Below, piece after piece: positions 49,232 through 59,130 of a stretch of DNA of 64,000 nt. Source of the DNA: an uncultured virus (IMG/VR IMGVR_UViG_3300024319_000010). Lineage: Duplodnaviria > Heunggongvirae > Uroviricota > Caudoviricetes > Crassvirales. Under the pieces are notes generated by a model that worked only from the letters and a program-made list of their open reading frames with translations, had not been told where the DNA came from and did not search any database. Position 1 is the stretch's first letter. The number at the start of each line of letters is the position of its first letter. Location: the IMG/VR virus record IMGVR_UViG_3300024319_000010. One strand, written 5' to 3'. A program made the position numbers and the translations under genes.

Positions 49232-50671
49232 TTATGATTTTACACATTCTAAGTGTAGACAGTTTGTAGCTCGTCTAATTGCGATACCACATTCTTTCAT
49301 AAAGTGAACTGATGCACCATCAACGTCGTTAGCTCTTAAAGAGTTACCGCTGTTGAATCCTGGAGGTACTGAAGCACCTGCAACTGCCCATCTTACTAAT
49401 TCTCTACCTTTTCTAGATACCATCTGTACGTTGGTTTCACCATCGTAAGTTGACATGTCTAAGAAAATCATTCTGTAAGATTCCATTGGTAATCCAGTCA
49501 CTGGGTGTTTTGGACTATTCAATGCTCTTGCACCATGATCAAATAAAGGTAAATGTCTCACTGTTACTGTGTGACCATCAATATGTCTGTATGAAGTAAA
49601 GAAACCACCTAACTGCAATGTTGAACCTGACCCTGTAACAAAGTTAGAAGGATCTGTGTTCTTGATATAAGTACCAGAACTTAGTTCAGATTTCATTGCG
49701 TTATCGAATTCTTCCATTCCACCTAAACCTGTGAACAATACTATGTTCATGTCTTGAGCATCAGAAGCACCGTATAATGCATCTCTTACTACTGACTTGA
49801 TTTTTGTAGCTGTTAATGTAGAGTAAGTATCTACGTTAGGAATTTGTTCTAATACCCCAGAACCAAGTGGAATTGGTTTACCGTTGTCGTCTTTCATGTG
49901 AATGACACCTTCAGTAGATCTGTTGTATTTAGAATACCAAAGAGCGTATTCAGTTTCTTCTTTCCATCTTAACATGTGTTGGTACTCTTCGAAGTCATAC
50001 CATAAAGCAGTTTTTCTACCGTCTACGTTAAACTCAAAGTTTACAACTCTATCAGGTGCATTACCTTCATAACGGTAAGACTTTCTGATAAGAGAAATTT
50101 GATTTCTCATTTTAGATGGAGCAACCCAATTGCTCTCATTACCAACTGATCCAGAGATCGCTGTTGGCGCGAATAATTGTACCCAGTTTTTACCAGCTAC
50201 ATCAGATGCTCCGATTGAATCGTTTTCATCTGCAGTAACTAATTGTAAAGTATAAACCCATTGTCCACTTGCGTTTTCATATGGTTCATCCATTACTCTT
50301 GCCTGGATTCCATTCTCACTTTCAATAATGTATTGTTTGATAAACCATTTGCTATCAAAGGCTACTTTAAATCGTGTGTAATTTGCACCTGATCCAGAAA
50401 CTAGTGAACTAGATCTAACTGCTTTGTTTAGTCTACCCATTACTGGATAATCGTACTCAATGTCGTTGATGTACTTTACTGAACCAGTTCCTTCAGTAAG
50501 AAAAGAAAGAGGAAACCTCTTGTCTTCTTTTCCTGCCAAGTGAGTGATCACAGGTGATAATACATCAGGCTGAGTAAGAAGAGCGCTCGCTAACGAGTTC
50601 TCATCTGTCATTCCTTCTGCGTTGAAGAAATCTTCGTATAAACGAAGTCTTTTTGCGTTGTCTGCTGCCAT
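49232..50671 (-). CDS. Major capsid protein
   Basis: 479 aa; FPL.FLTEG, NQ.SL.RKS, G.G.LEQI, F..Y.H.DGH and HP.TG.P.ESY motifs of crAss-like MCPs; order TerL-portal-X-MCP. Confidence 0.9.
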   Translation of the reverse strand: MAADNAKRLRLYEDFFNAEGMTDENSLASALLTQPDVLSPVITHLAGKEDKRFPLSFLTEGTGSVKYINDIEYDYPVMGRLNKAVRSSSLVSGSGANYTRFKVAFDSKWFIKQYIIESENGIQARVMDEPYENASGQWVYTLQLVTADENDSIGASDVAGKNWVQLFAPTAISGSVGNESNWVAPSKMRNQISLIRKSYRYEGNAPDRVVNFEFNVDGRKTALWYDFEEYQHMLRWKEETEYALWYSKYNRSTEGVIHMKDDNGKPIPLGSGVLEQIPNVDTYSTLTATKIKSVVRDALYGASDAQDMNIVLFTGLGGMEEFDNAMKSELSSGTYIKNTDPSNFVTGSGSTLQLGGFFTSYRHIDGHTVTVRHLPLFDHGARALNSPKHPVTGLPMESYRMIFLDMSTYDGETNVQMVSRKGRELVRWAVAGASVPPGFNSGNSLRANDVDGASVHFMKECGIAIRRATNCLHLECVKS

Positions 50672-50711
50672 GATTAAATAAATATTAAAGATTAAAATTA
50701 AAAATTCGTGT

Positions 50712-51836
50712 TTAGCCTAATAGCTTGTCTAAAGTTGGAATATTAGGTCGACCATTACTAGTCTTGTTATATCCTCCTTTATTACCCTTCATTCTTCTAG
50801 AAGCTGTTGGTTTGCTTGATTTCAATTTAGATTTCAAACTTGCCGCTTGCTTTGTATTTACTTTGGCGCTTACTAATTTAGATATGTCTAATCCCTTATA
50901 CATAAGGTATTCCATTGCTAGAATAGACTCTTGATCTAACTTTTCTCTATCTATAAGTCTTTGGCTTCTACCGTTATTATCTACTGGTGTTGCCATCCAA
51001 CTATAAAATCTTTTTTTGTCGCTCTCAGGAATTGTAAAGTCTCTTAATCTACCTTTGTTTATGATAGATCCTATCTGACCCCAAGTTTCTTGAGTTTGTT
51101 TAGCAGTCTCTCGTGCCTGCTTTTGTTGCTCTTGTACTAAAGACTCTTTTTGTTTTACTTGGTGAGCTGCTAATTTTTTAACTGCTCTTTCAGAGTTCTT
51201 TAACAAAAGACCTGCATCTTCATAGTCTTGTATTGCTTCAGTTATTTCTTCCGCTTCAAAACCTTGCATTTGCATAAAACTTTCTACAACTTTACGTTGC
51301 ATGCCTTTGTCTTCTTTGTTTAAAGACAGCTTTCCGAAATCAATTTCTTTTGCTGCTACTTTAAAGAACTTGTCTGGATCTCCTCCAGATACTCTGTAAT
51401 TTAAATACTCCTGAATGTCAGGAAACGATTGAAACACAGATCTAAACTGCTCTTCAGCAATCTTTTCTGCCATAGCTTTGGTTAAACCAGCTATACCATC
51501 GTAGTCATCTTCAAAATCTCCTTCTATTTCATATCCTAATCTTTCTTTAAGAGTGGATATAATACTAGCTTCTGATTCTTCTCCTTCTCCCTCTTGTTCT
51601 AATGTATCTGCAGTTTCTTGCAAATCATTATTAGGAGCTTCTGCTTCTGTATCATCCTCTTGAGTTTCTTCAGATGTTTCTTCTGTAGTCTCTTCAGATG
51701 TTTCTTCTGCTGTTGGAGTTTCAGTTTCTACGGCTTCTGGTGTTTCTTCTGTAGTTTCTGTACTTGGGATTTGCTTGTCATCTAAGAGTTCGCTTACGCT
51801 TATCTTTGATAAATCTAGGTTGTCTTCTTTACTCAT
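50712..51836 (-). CDS. Putative scaffold-like protein with an acidic low-complexity N-terminus
   Basis: E/T-rich N-terminus and coiled coil; between portal and MCP. Confidence 0.65.
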   Translation of the reverse strand: MSKEDNLDLSKISVSELLDDKQIPSTETTEETPEAVETETPTAEETSEETTEETSEETQEDDTEAEAPNNDLQETADTLEQEGEGEESEASIISTLKERLGYEIEGDFEDDYDGIAGLTKAMAEKIAEEQFRSVFQSFPDIQEYLNYRVSGGDPDKFFKVAAKEIDFGKLSLNKEDKGMQRKVVESFMQMQGFEAEEITEAIQDYEDAGLLLKNSERAVKKLAAHQVKQKESLVQEQQKQARETAKQTQETWGQIGSIINKGRLRDFTIPESDKKRFYSWMATPVDNNGRSQRLIDREKLDQESILAMEYLMYKGLDISKLVSAKVNTKQAASLKSKLKSSKPTASRRMKGNKGGYNKTSNGRPNIPTLDKLLG

Positions 51837-51911
51837 GTCAAAATTAATTAAATTATACTAAATTTCAATATATAATATGCAAACTTTTGTTTGTGTTTAT
51901 ATAGAGCCTTT

Positions 51912-54179
51912 TTATGTTTGTTTCTTACTTAATGCCTTCTTCTGAAGGTCTAATTTTTTATTTTCCATGCGTTCTTTTGATTGCATTTCTCTTTCTTTTT
52001 GCGATAGTTTTTCTCTTTCGATTCTAACTCGCTCAAGATCAACAGCATCATTAATGCCGTTATTGTTCATATCTTGGTCAACAGTTTTGGCTGCTATTTC
52101 AAGTTCTTTAACCTGTATCTTGTTATCTCTATCAAGTTGGTTTTGATTAGCTTCAAATTCTTGAGCTGCTTGAGAAGCTGCCGCTTGTGCTTCTAATTGT
52201 TGTTGTTGCATCTGCTGTGCTTGCTGTTGTTGAGCTGCTTGTATTTTCTTTTCAGCAGCATCTACTTCATTAAGCTTTTCTTTTATTTGTGCAAAATTAC
52301 TAGAGTCTAGTATCTCAGCAATAGTCCCTGGTTGTGATCCATTTTGAGCAAATGATAATGTAAGTTGTTTTAACTGTTGTATTTTATCATTTTCAATAGA
52401 ATTGTTTTTAACAAACACGCCATACTCTGCTTCTTGGAAAAGTTCAGCATCTATATCTAAAATAGCCTCTCTATAATCACCGGTAATGTATTGTGTTTTC
52501 TTACCATCCTTCCAGGCAACTTTAGATGTATCAAGTAGACCATTAAATTCTCTTTCTACATATTTATCGAAACGTCTAAACAATTCTTCTGTCATTACAG
52601 AGCTTTGAAAGACAGCTCTCTCTGTGGCTCCAATACCATCAGATGCTTGCACCTGTCCTTTTCTCTGTCTTGAGATACCAATAAGTTCTTCCCATTCTTG
52701 TTTAACAGATTGTAGTAATTGGAACTGAGCGGCTATATATTGCCCTAAACTCATGTCCAATACTTGGAATTGATTAAACGTAACAGCTTCACCACGTTTA
52801 CCTTCTGCTGTAGAATCTATAAAAGCATATCCCATCGCATCTGCGTAGTACATAAACTTTTCTTCGTCCCAACCATGTCTTTTTGGAATTGTATTCATTT
52901 CCATTAACATGATCTTATCTTTATTCTTAGCAATAGAAAGTTCTAATCTATAGTGAAAGATGTTATATAAAATTTGGTAGGGTACCCCCATCGAAACGAC
53001 GGATATTTGATCTGAATGTCGATTTGAGTAGATGCGACCGTTATAAGGGAGCTTACAAACGGATAAGTTTGACATTTCGTTTCTTTGTACTTGATGAGGA
53101 CGAATGTTAACGAAGATATCTCCGTCAATTCTATACCCTTCCCAAACTTGATTAACCCAGTAATATTCTATAGACTCTTCTTTATCAGAATCTAATTTAT
53201 ATTTTTCATCTACTATCATTTGTTGTTCTTGACCTACTTCATCGTAGTAAGTTAGAATTCCTATTCTAGCAAATGATTTCCATGTTACATGTAGTACCTC
53301 AGCAAATCTTTCAGTGTCCATAGATCTAGAATCGCGATTAAACGGAGATAATATACCGTTCATCGTTTTACCACTAGGGCTTTCTAATCTATCTATTTCG
53401 TCTGGTTTTAAAACATCATAAAAAGAATCAACAATAGCATTAACACTCATCATCTTTCTTCTGATTGCCCAATCTCCGTCTTCAATAAATTGAATGTCAG
53501 GTGATTTTTCGTAATCTAAATCTAATGGTGATACTATTTCATATTCTACCTCATTCATACAGATATCTTTATATGAATAGACTTCACCAGAGACTAACCA
53601 GTCAAAGAACCCCATTTGTAAATGATCCGGTAGTTCTAGTTTATCTATCATATAATCTAAAGCCTCTTGACCCATAATAGCTCTTGCATCTTTGTAGTTT
53701 GTAAGAATTTCTTCTTTCAACTCTTCTAATGGCATTTGCTCTTGAGAAGGCTCACCTGTTTCCATACCCATTTGATTAAGCTCATTGATAAACTTTTGCT
53801 CTAGGTATTTTTTAAGTTCTTGTTGTAATAGTTTTTGTTGGTTATCCTTCATGTCAGAATTACGGATAACAACTTGATGAGCAAAAGGTCTTTTAGATTT
53901 TTCCCCTAATAATAAATCTACAACAGGTTTAATAATGTTGTAACTTCTTAATTTAGCGGGAAAGCCTTTTACTTTATGTTTTTCAGAGTTATAAGGATTT
54001 GTTACGTAGTTGTAATCTGCTTCAACTAAGTTTCCATTATATGCGTCGTAGTAGTTATGCAATTGAGCTTTGTGTTGACTGGAAAAAGAGCTCCTGTCTA
54101 TAAAAGCTTCAATTGTGTTTTTCCCCCATTCTTTAGTCTTTCGACTACGAGGAATTTTTTGTTTTGGGATTCTACTCAT
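51912..54179 (-). CDS. Portal protein
   Basis: 755 aa; YNII.P.VDLL.GE..KRP, KLPYNG and GISRQR.G motifs; Q-rich barrel-like C-terminus; follows the terminase. Confidence 0.9.
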   Translation of the reverse strand: MSRIPKQKIPRSRKTKEWGKNTIEAFIDRSSFSSQHKAQLHNYYDAYNGNLVEADYNYVTNPYNSEKHKVKGFPAKLRSYNIIKPVVDLLLGEKSKRPFAHQVVIRNSDMKDNQQKLLQQELKKYLEQKFINELNQMGMETGEPSQEQMPLEELKEEILTNYKDARAIMGQEALDYMIDKLELPDHLQMGFFDWLVSGEVYSYKDICMNEVEYEIVSPLDLDYEKSPDIQFIEDGDWAIRRKMMSVNAIVDSFYDVLKPDEIDRLESPSGKTMNGILSPFNRDSRSMDTERFAEVLHVTWKSFARIGILTYYDEVGQEQQMIVDEKYKLDSDKEESIEYYWVNQVWEGYRIDGDIFVNIRPHQVQRNEMSNLSVCKLPYNGRIYSNRHSDQISVVSMGVPYQILYNIFHYRLELSIAKNKDKIMLMEMNTIPKRHGWDEEKFMYYADAMGYAFIDSTAEGKRGEAVTFNQFQVLDMSLGQYIAAQFQLLQSVKQEWEELIGISRQRKGQVQASDGIGATERAVFQSSVMTEELFRRFDKYVEREFNGLLDTSKVAWKDGKKTQYITGDYREAILDIDAELFQEAEYGVFVKNNSIENDKIQQLKQLTLSFAQNGSQPGTIAEILDSSNFAQIKEKLNEVDAAEKKIQAAQQQQAQQMQQQQLEAQAAASQAAQEFEANQNQLDRDNKIQVKELEIAAKTVDQDMNNNGINDAVDLERVRIEREKLSQKEREMQSKERMENKKLDLQKKALSKKQT

Positions 54180-54186
54180 ATCTTTA

Positions 54187-54194
54187 CAAAACTA
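54187..54194 (-). promoter_or_regulatory. Bacteroidota -7 promoter box TAGTTTTG
   Basis: TTTTTCG-TAGTTTTG, 7 nt before the portal ATG. Confidence 0.5.
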
Positions 54195-56153
54195 CGAAAA
54201 AAACTTCCTATTAAAAAAAGAATCTTCACTTTGCTCTATTTCTGCTTCGAACTCTTTATTATAGAGATCTTTCATATGAAACATACCAACTAAAAGTGCT
54301 GAAACCCTATCAAAGTTTCCTTTATTGTTATATTTAATTAACTCATCTATTAAAGCAATATCATAGATATAATGCAGATTTAATTTTCTTTCTCCATTTT
54401 CTTGTTGACCTCTTGGTGTTTTAAGCCAATCTCGCAAATATATTTCTGCTTGATTCTTTCTTTGCTTTGATCCCATGGAAGTTCCATAGGTTCTATTTAG
54501 TTTTTTTATTCTTATTCCAGAAGTTTTATCAAATAGTTCTGCCTCTGGTAGCAAATAGTGTAAAAGCTTTTTACGTTTAGCATATGGTATAACTTCACCT
54601 CGGTCATTTTCAAAACCTATGCGTGCATTGTAATATTGTGCAAGCAAAAACAGGTTATAGTTATATTCGTCTTGTGACTCTGGTCTACCTACGTAAGATG
54701 CTACTATCATATCATCAGGCTTTGACATATTGTTAATTCTTTTCATAACATATGCAGAACCTAAAGAGGCACCGTAACCATCTGACCCATATGGATCATG
54801 AACTATAAAATATAAATCGTCGGGTATTGCTTCTTGGTTATAAGCTGGTGACTGATACACAACTACTGCTCCTGTTGAGTCATCTGTTTTATTAAGAGGA
54901 AACTTTTCTATAGGTCGCACGCGCGGGTCAGGTCTAAACTCTATTCCTTCTGGCGCTTCAACTAAAACTCCGGCTACCGCCATTTGTTTATGTAACCCTG
55001 TTCTCATTAGTTGATTCCTCCAATCAACAAGAGTGGCTCCTGGAAACATGTTACCTCTTTGTTGTAAAAAGGCTTCTTTAGGCATCCAAGGATATTCAGT
55101 AATATATCTATCTAGTGTTGAAGCATCTTTAGCTTCTTTTTTTAACTGATCTCGTTTTGCTTCTTCTTCTTGTTTTGCTTGATTTGACAATGAATTACCT
55201 TCTTTGTCCATAAATCCTATTTTGTTTTGATAGGAAGGAAAGAAAAACCCACAATTACTTCCTTGAGCACCTTCATCCCAAATATTATCAAAAGGATATA
55301 GATCATAAGCTTCTGGATTGTAAAACATAGATTCAAAATCTATCGTACCACCATCCATGTCACCTCCTGTTCCAAACAATACAATTTGTCCAGTAACTAC
55401 ACCACCATCTTCCACACAGGGACGTGTTGCTAAATAAGAAGCTTTTAAATTATCAAATGCTCCACACTCTTCAAAAATAACTAAACTAGCATCCTTACCC
55501 CTTGCAGCATCTGGATTATCTTTAAACGTAATAGCCTCAACCTCAGACTTATAACCTTTCTCAACGCCTTGTTTATTAATATACTCTAAATAGCTTGCGC
55601 GTTTGTGGTTTATTTTATCAACTCCTTGACGGCGCTTTTGCCATCCAGTGTGTTCGTTAAGAAAGTTCATGTAATCTGTAACCATGGTCATAATACCTTT
55701 TGGATACAAATACTTTTTATCGTGAGCACATAAAAGTGTGTATGAATTCTTTGTAGTGTTGTATATGTTTGCAGCTATGGCAGCATTCTTGTAAGAAAAC
55801 CCTTTACGCCTAGCTTTAGCCACTATTAAGTGCTTGCCTTCGGCAGCGGCTCTTTCCATAGCGTGAAAGTATTCATAATCGCCATCCCAAAACCCAGGAA
55901 AAGAAACAGTTTTAAAACCACCGGCTTTTTTTCCCTGCACTGCTTCTGTTAATTTTATTTGGCAGAAGTTCATGTAAAAATAATGGTGACCTGTTATTCT
56001 TACGTCACCAACAGTATATCCTTCTTTACATCTTCTTAATTGTTCGTACCAATACTCGTAGTATGGAGCACTACCTATTGGATCTCCGCAATACAATCCA
56101 TATTTTAAAAACTTTAAGCCCTCTCTTCTAAATTCGTTAGTGTTTACAAACAT
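54192..56153 (-). CDS. terL: Terminase large subunit
   Basis: ITG.HYFY.NF, Walker A KARRKGFS, Walker B VIFEE, GTGG and nuclease DP...GNFDRVSA motifs. Confidence 0.92.
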   Translation of the reverse strand: MFVNTNEFRREGLKFLKYGLYCGDPIGSAPYYEYWYEQLRRCKEGYTVGDVRITGHHYFYMNFCQIKLTEAVQGKKAGGFKTVSFPGFWDGDYEYFHAMERAAAEGKHLIVAKARRKGFSYKNAAIAANIYNTTKNSYTLLCAHDKKYLYPKGIMTMVTDYMNFLNEHTGWQKRRQGVDKINHKRASYLEYINKQGVEKGYKSEVEAITFKDNPDAARGKDASLVIFEECGAFDNLKASYLATRPCVEDGGVVTGQIVLFGTGGDMDGGTIDFESMFYNPEAYDLYPFDNIWDEGAQGSNCGFFFPSYQNKIGFMDKEGNSLSNQAKQEEEAKRDQLKKEAKDASTLDRYITEYPWMPKEAFLQQRGNMFPGATLVDWRNQLMRTGLHKQMAVAGVLVEAPEGIEFRPDPRVRPIEKFPLNKTDDSTGAVVVYQSPAYNQEAIPDDLYFIVHDPYGSDGYGASLGSAYVMKRINNMSKPDDMIVASYVGRPESQDEYNYNLFLLAQYYNARIGFENDRGEVIPYAKRKKLLHYLLPEAELFDKTSGIRIKKLNRTYGTSMGSKQRKNQAEIYLRDWLKTPRGQQENGERKLNLHYIYDIALIDELIKYNNKGNFDRVSALLVGMFHMKDLYNKEFEAEIEQSEDSFFNRKFFS

Positions 56154-56154
56154 C

Positions 56155-56556
56155 TTACTTTTTTGTTGTATCTCTTTTTTTCTGTGTGTAATCTTTTCTG
56201 TCTATTTCGTGTTTTCCGTCTTTGACTGTAGACACTAATAAATAAAAGCTTTCTCCGTGTTCATACTGGTAATGACAATATTCTTTTAAACCTTTTAAAT
56301 CAGATTCGTTTTCTACAGTGCCGCTAAAGTTCTTTCCATCATTATCTGGATACATAAAGTGAGCAGCTCCATAAGGTGTATGCTCTTTTTCTTCTTTTAC
56401 GGGCATCTCTTTGTAGATAATGGTCGTCGCGCCACAGGCGGGACAAAATTTTTCTAACAGTACATTGCCTTCGTTTATCTCAGTGATGTTAAGGTTACTT
56501 TGTTCACACTTACATAATTGATTTGAATTTGCGGTTAATTGAATATCTTCTTTCAT
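56155..56556 (-). CDS. Hypothetical protein with a Zn-ribbon-like CxC...CPAC
   Basis: ORF track; cysteine pattern. Confidence 0.6.
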   Translation of the reverse strand: MKEDIQLTANSNQLCKCEQSNLNITEINEGNVLLEKFCPACGATTIIYKEMPVKEEKEHTPYGAAHFMYPDNDGKNFSGTVENESDLKGLKEYCHYQYEHGESFYLLVSTVKDGKHEIDRKDYTQKKRDTTKK

Positions 56557-56565
56557 TGTTTTATT

Positions 56566-57138
56566 TTAATCTTCGAATAAACCTTTAGTTCCTCCTCCTC
56601 GGATCTTAGATTCATTAGCTTGTTCTTTTTTAACTTTTTCTTCTAGAGAGTTTATAGTGTCAATTGCTTTTGGTAATTGTTCTGAAACTTCTAACAGTCT
56701 TTTTACATCTCTCATAATAGATCCTACATCTTTTCCCTCTTCACCATCTACAGTATCTAATGCTATTTCGATCTGCTCATTGAGAGCGCTTATAACCCTT
56801 GATGAAGTTAAGAGCCCTTCTCGAATTGCTTTTAAGGCTGAGATTGTAGGTGTTCGCTGTAAGTTATTGTACTTGTCCATCCCTTTGCTAACAGCAGTTG
56901 TGATAGACTCATCTTTTGTGAAGTTGAGGTCATCAAGCAATCTTCGCTTTCTTTCGGTTTCAGGATATATTGAATAGGGTGATCTGTAGTCGCACATGAA
57001 GTATATGAAGGATAAATACTTATGGGCAGTTCTTTTTTTTCTGTCTTTGTCATCTACTATTATTTTTTTGAACTCAGGTATTAGTTTAGCCTCAGTCTCT
57101 ATTACTACTTGGAAATTTTCTTCTTTGAAAAGTTTCAT
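56566..57138 (-). CDS. Conserved crAss-like helical protein upstream of terL (small-terminase candidate)
   Basis: Y.YF..D.RSPY and C-terminal KIRGG...G.FED; position. Confidence 0.55.
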   Translation of the reverse strand: MKLFKEENFQVVIETEAKLIPEFKKIIVDDKDRKKRTAHKYLSFIYFMCDYRSPYSIYPETERKRRLLDDLNFTKDESITTAVSKGMDKYNNLQRTPTISALKAIREGLLTSSRVISALNEQIEIALDTVDGEEGKDVGSIMRDVKRLLEVSEQLPKAIDTINSLEEKVKKEQANESKIRGGGTKGLFED

Positions 57139-57340
57139 GATTTAAATTTTTTACTCTATTAGGATTGCAATGAAACAAACCAAAGTATGGAAGCCTAATG
57201 CCTTCAAACTCTCCTTTGCCCATCTTGTAAGCTAAGTACTCGAACTGTGATTCTATTATAGACTTTAGTTCTTTTGTTGTACCGCCCATCTCATCTTTGA
57301 TTTCTTGTATAATTTTTTCTTTTACTTTATTCTGAGCCAT
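57092..57340 (-). CDS. HU/IHF-like DNA-binding protein
   Basis: Two helices then IRLPYFGLF (HU beta-arm pattern). Confidence 0.6.
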   Translation of the reverse strand: MAQNKVKEKIIQEIKDEMGGTTKELKSIIESQFEYLAYKMGKGEFEGIRLPYFGLFHCNPNRVKNLNHETFQRRKFPSSNRD

Positions 57341-57483
57341 TATCTAGAATTATTATTCTTATGGAATTTATGTGAAAACTGTTTTTTCTTCTTTCTTGAC
57401 AGTGCGTACTCGATTTCTTGTTCAAGCTGTACATCGTTAACCCAAGAAAAATCTTCTTTTCTTTTTTTGCTATTTTTCCCCAT
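57340..57483 (-). CDS. Small basic protein (47 aa)
   Basis: Hand-translated MGKNSKKRKEDFSWVNDVQLEQEIEYALSRKKKKQFSHKFHKNNNSR; TAATG coupling to the next gene. Confidence 0.55.
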   Translation of the reverse strand: MGKNSKKRKEDFSWVNDVQLEQEIEYALSRKKKKQFSHKFHKNNNSR

Positions 57484-57667
57484 TACCTTCCTTGTATTTA
57501 ATATAATATTTTATAGACCAAGAGTCTTCCGACTCGCAAACTGCATATATATCATAATCAAAGTCAATTCCTAACTTAGTAAGCTCTACCTCTTGAATGT
57601 CGATAAATTTAAAAACCGCTTCAAGAGTGTCAATTGATACTGTAATAAAATACTCATTATTCTGCAT
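57470..57667 (-). CDS. Small acidic hypothetical protein
   Basis: Likely start MQNNEYF; overlaps both neighbours. Confidence 0.5.
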   Translation of the reverse strand: MQNNEYFITVSIDTLEAVFKFIDIQEVELTKLGIDFDYDIYAVCESEDSWSIKYYIKYKEGNGEK

Positions 57668-58010
57668 GTATTTGAAATTCAAAACTTAAAAGATAGCTTA
57701 CAAGAGTTGTGTCTTCTTTAGGAACTCTAAATACCAGTGGATGAAAAGAATACTTTCTAGTTTCTTTATCATACAATAATACTTTTTTATCTTTTAAAGA
57801 TTTGATTGTGTTGTTCAAAACAGCTCTACTCCATCCTAACTCAGATGCTGCTTTTATTCTGTTGTCTTTTGTACATGGGTTATCTATATCTATAGTAGAT
57901 AGTACGTAAACAACTTTTAACTCCGTCGGAGTAAGTTTTAATAATCCGTTAATAACTGATAAGTAATCTTTGCGGATATTTTGCCTATTGGTTGGTATCT
58001 GTATTTTCAT
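57657..58010 (-). CDS. Winged-helix DNA-binding protein (RepL/MarR-like)
   Basis: LTPTE.KV...AASELGWSRAVLNNTIKSLKDKKVL...Y.FHP. Confidence 0.65.
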   Translation of the reverse strand: MKIQIPTNRQNIRKDYLSVINGLLKLTPTELKVVYVLSTIDIDNPCTKDNRIKAASELGWSRAVLNNTIKSLKDKKVLLYDKETRKYSFHPLVFRVPKEDTTLVSYLLSFEFQIHAE

Positions 58011-58284
58011 TGTACTTTATTACTTTTTCTATTTTTCTTGATAGCCTTTTTGCCATCAATTGTCTGACATTCTTTAATAAAAGAATTATACATTGGTTTT
58101 CTGCGCTGAAGTTCTTTTTTTGTAGTGTATAGAAACGATCAATAAGAATATTTATTACTTCTTCGTTTGTAGTACCTGCTTGAAAAGAGCCTGCCAGTTT
58201 CTCTGTAAATTTTATAGTTTGGAATCTTTCGTTATCTGCAAAATCAGTAACTTGATATTCGACTCCTGGTTTAATTATTTTCAT
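57985..58284 (-). CDS. Tad1/Acb2-hairpin-like anti-defence sponge candidate (99 aa)
   Basis: PG.EY.V...QTIKF...GTTNEEVI.ILIDRF..LQ...FSAENQC; likely start MKIIKPG at 58284. Confidence 0.6.
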   Translation of the reverse strand: MKIIKPGVEYQVTDFADNERFQTIKFTEKLAGSFQAGTTNEEVINILIDRFYTLQKKNFSAENQCIILLLKNVRQLMAKRLSRKIEKVIKYNENTDTNQ

Positions 58285-58336
58285 TGGTTTCTTTTTTTGA
58301 CTTAAATTATCCAAATGACTTTCAAGCCATTTACTA

Positions 58337-58344
58337 CAAATATA
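58337..58344 (-). promoter_or_regulatory. Bacteroidota -7 promoter box TATATTTG
   Basis: TAnnTTTG match in the intergenic gap before the Tad1-like gene. Confidence 0.5.
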
Positions 58345-58405
58345 TCAATAAATGATATAAAATAAAAGACTAAAAGATAGACACGTGTATTATAGAGATC
58401 TTTTG

Positions 58406-58681
58406 TTACTCTTGTCCGTTTTCTATCTTTAATACTTTTTCTACTAAACTACCCGGTGTGTTTTTCATAATAGACACCCAATACTCACTGTCTAATTCGT
58501 AAATAATTTTACTCATTTCAATCCAGGCTTCCTCTGTAGCTTTTTTAGTTTTTAAATCTAGGTTAGTTCCTGTTCCTAAATTAGCCCAGTTAGTAGCGTT
58601 TTTCTCTAACACCTTATCTATAGCCTTTCTAATCTTCTTATTTGTTTGATAGGGTGTTTGATCTACTCCTTTTTTTCTCAT
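58406..58681 (-). CDS. Hypothetical protein (91 aa)
   Basis: ORF track; ATGA overlap with the upstream gene. Confidence 0.6.
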   Translation of the reverse strand: MRKKGVDQTPYQTNKKIRKAIDKVLEKNATNWANLGTGTNLDLKTKKATEEAWIEMSKIIYELDSEYWVSIMKNTPGSLVEKVLKIENGQE

Positions 58682-59130
58682 GGTTTAAATTTTAGTAAGT
58701 CCTCACGAACTAGGTTTTCTATTAATTGTATTCTTTCTTTATTTTCGTTTTTTGAATAGTATAAAGGATTAACTATGTATGTACCACGTTTATCTCCTTT
58801 GAGAAGTAAATTTTTATTTACCAGAGCATAGAACGCTCTTTTTATAGTAGCATCTTGGTAGATGGTTACAAACCCACTAACATTGTAGATGATTTCTTTA
58901 AAGTTGTCTCTTACTTTTGCATTAGAAAATACAATGTTGTTTGAATCCATTCTTTCGCATAAGTAGTCGAGGAGATCTCTAGGGCAAGCAGCTAGACCAG
59001 CTAGTGCGTACATACTACCATGATATCTTCGTGTACTTCTGCAGGGAATACTTTTATATTTGTAGATAGGGACGGTTATACCTCCCTCGTGCTTTATACC
59101 TGTCATGTACTTTATTTTATAATTCTTCAT
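58678..59130 (-). CDS. RepL-like winged-helix replication protein
   Basis: LLDYL...MD.NN.V...TIKRAF..LV...LL....RGTYIVNP.Y pattern of the RepL family. Confidence 0.7.
   Translation of the reverse strand: MKNYKIKYMTGIKHEGGITVPIYKYKSIPCRSTRRYHGSMYALAGLAACPRDLLDYLCERMDSNNIVFSNAKVRDNFKEIIYNVSGFVTIYQDATIKRAFYALVNKNLLLKGDKRGTYIVNPLYYSKNENKERIQLIENLVREDLLKFKP

Noticed and set aside
51590..51770. Short tandem nucleotide repeats (TCTTCAGATGTTTCTTCTG)
   Set aside because: They are explained by the low-complexity EETSEETT coding region of the scaffold-like protein.
54192..56153. Intein or intron in the terminase (or in polA or MCP)
   Set aside because: Lengths are ordinary, motifs are contiguous, and no intein or homing-endonuclease signature was seen.
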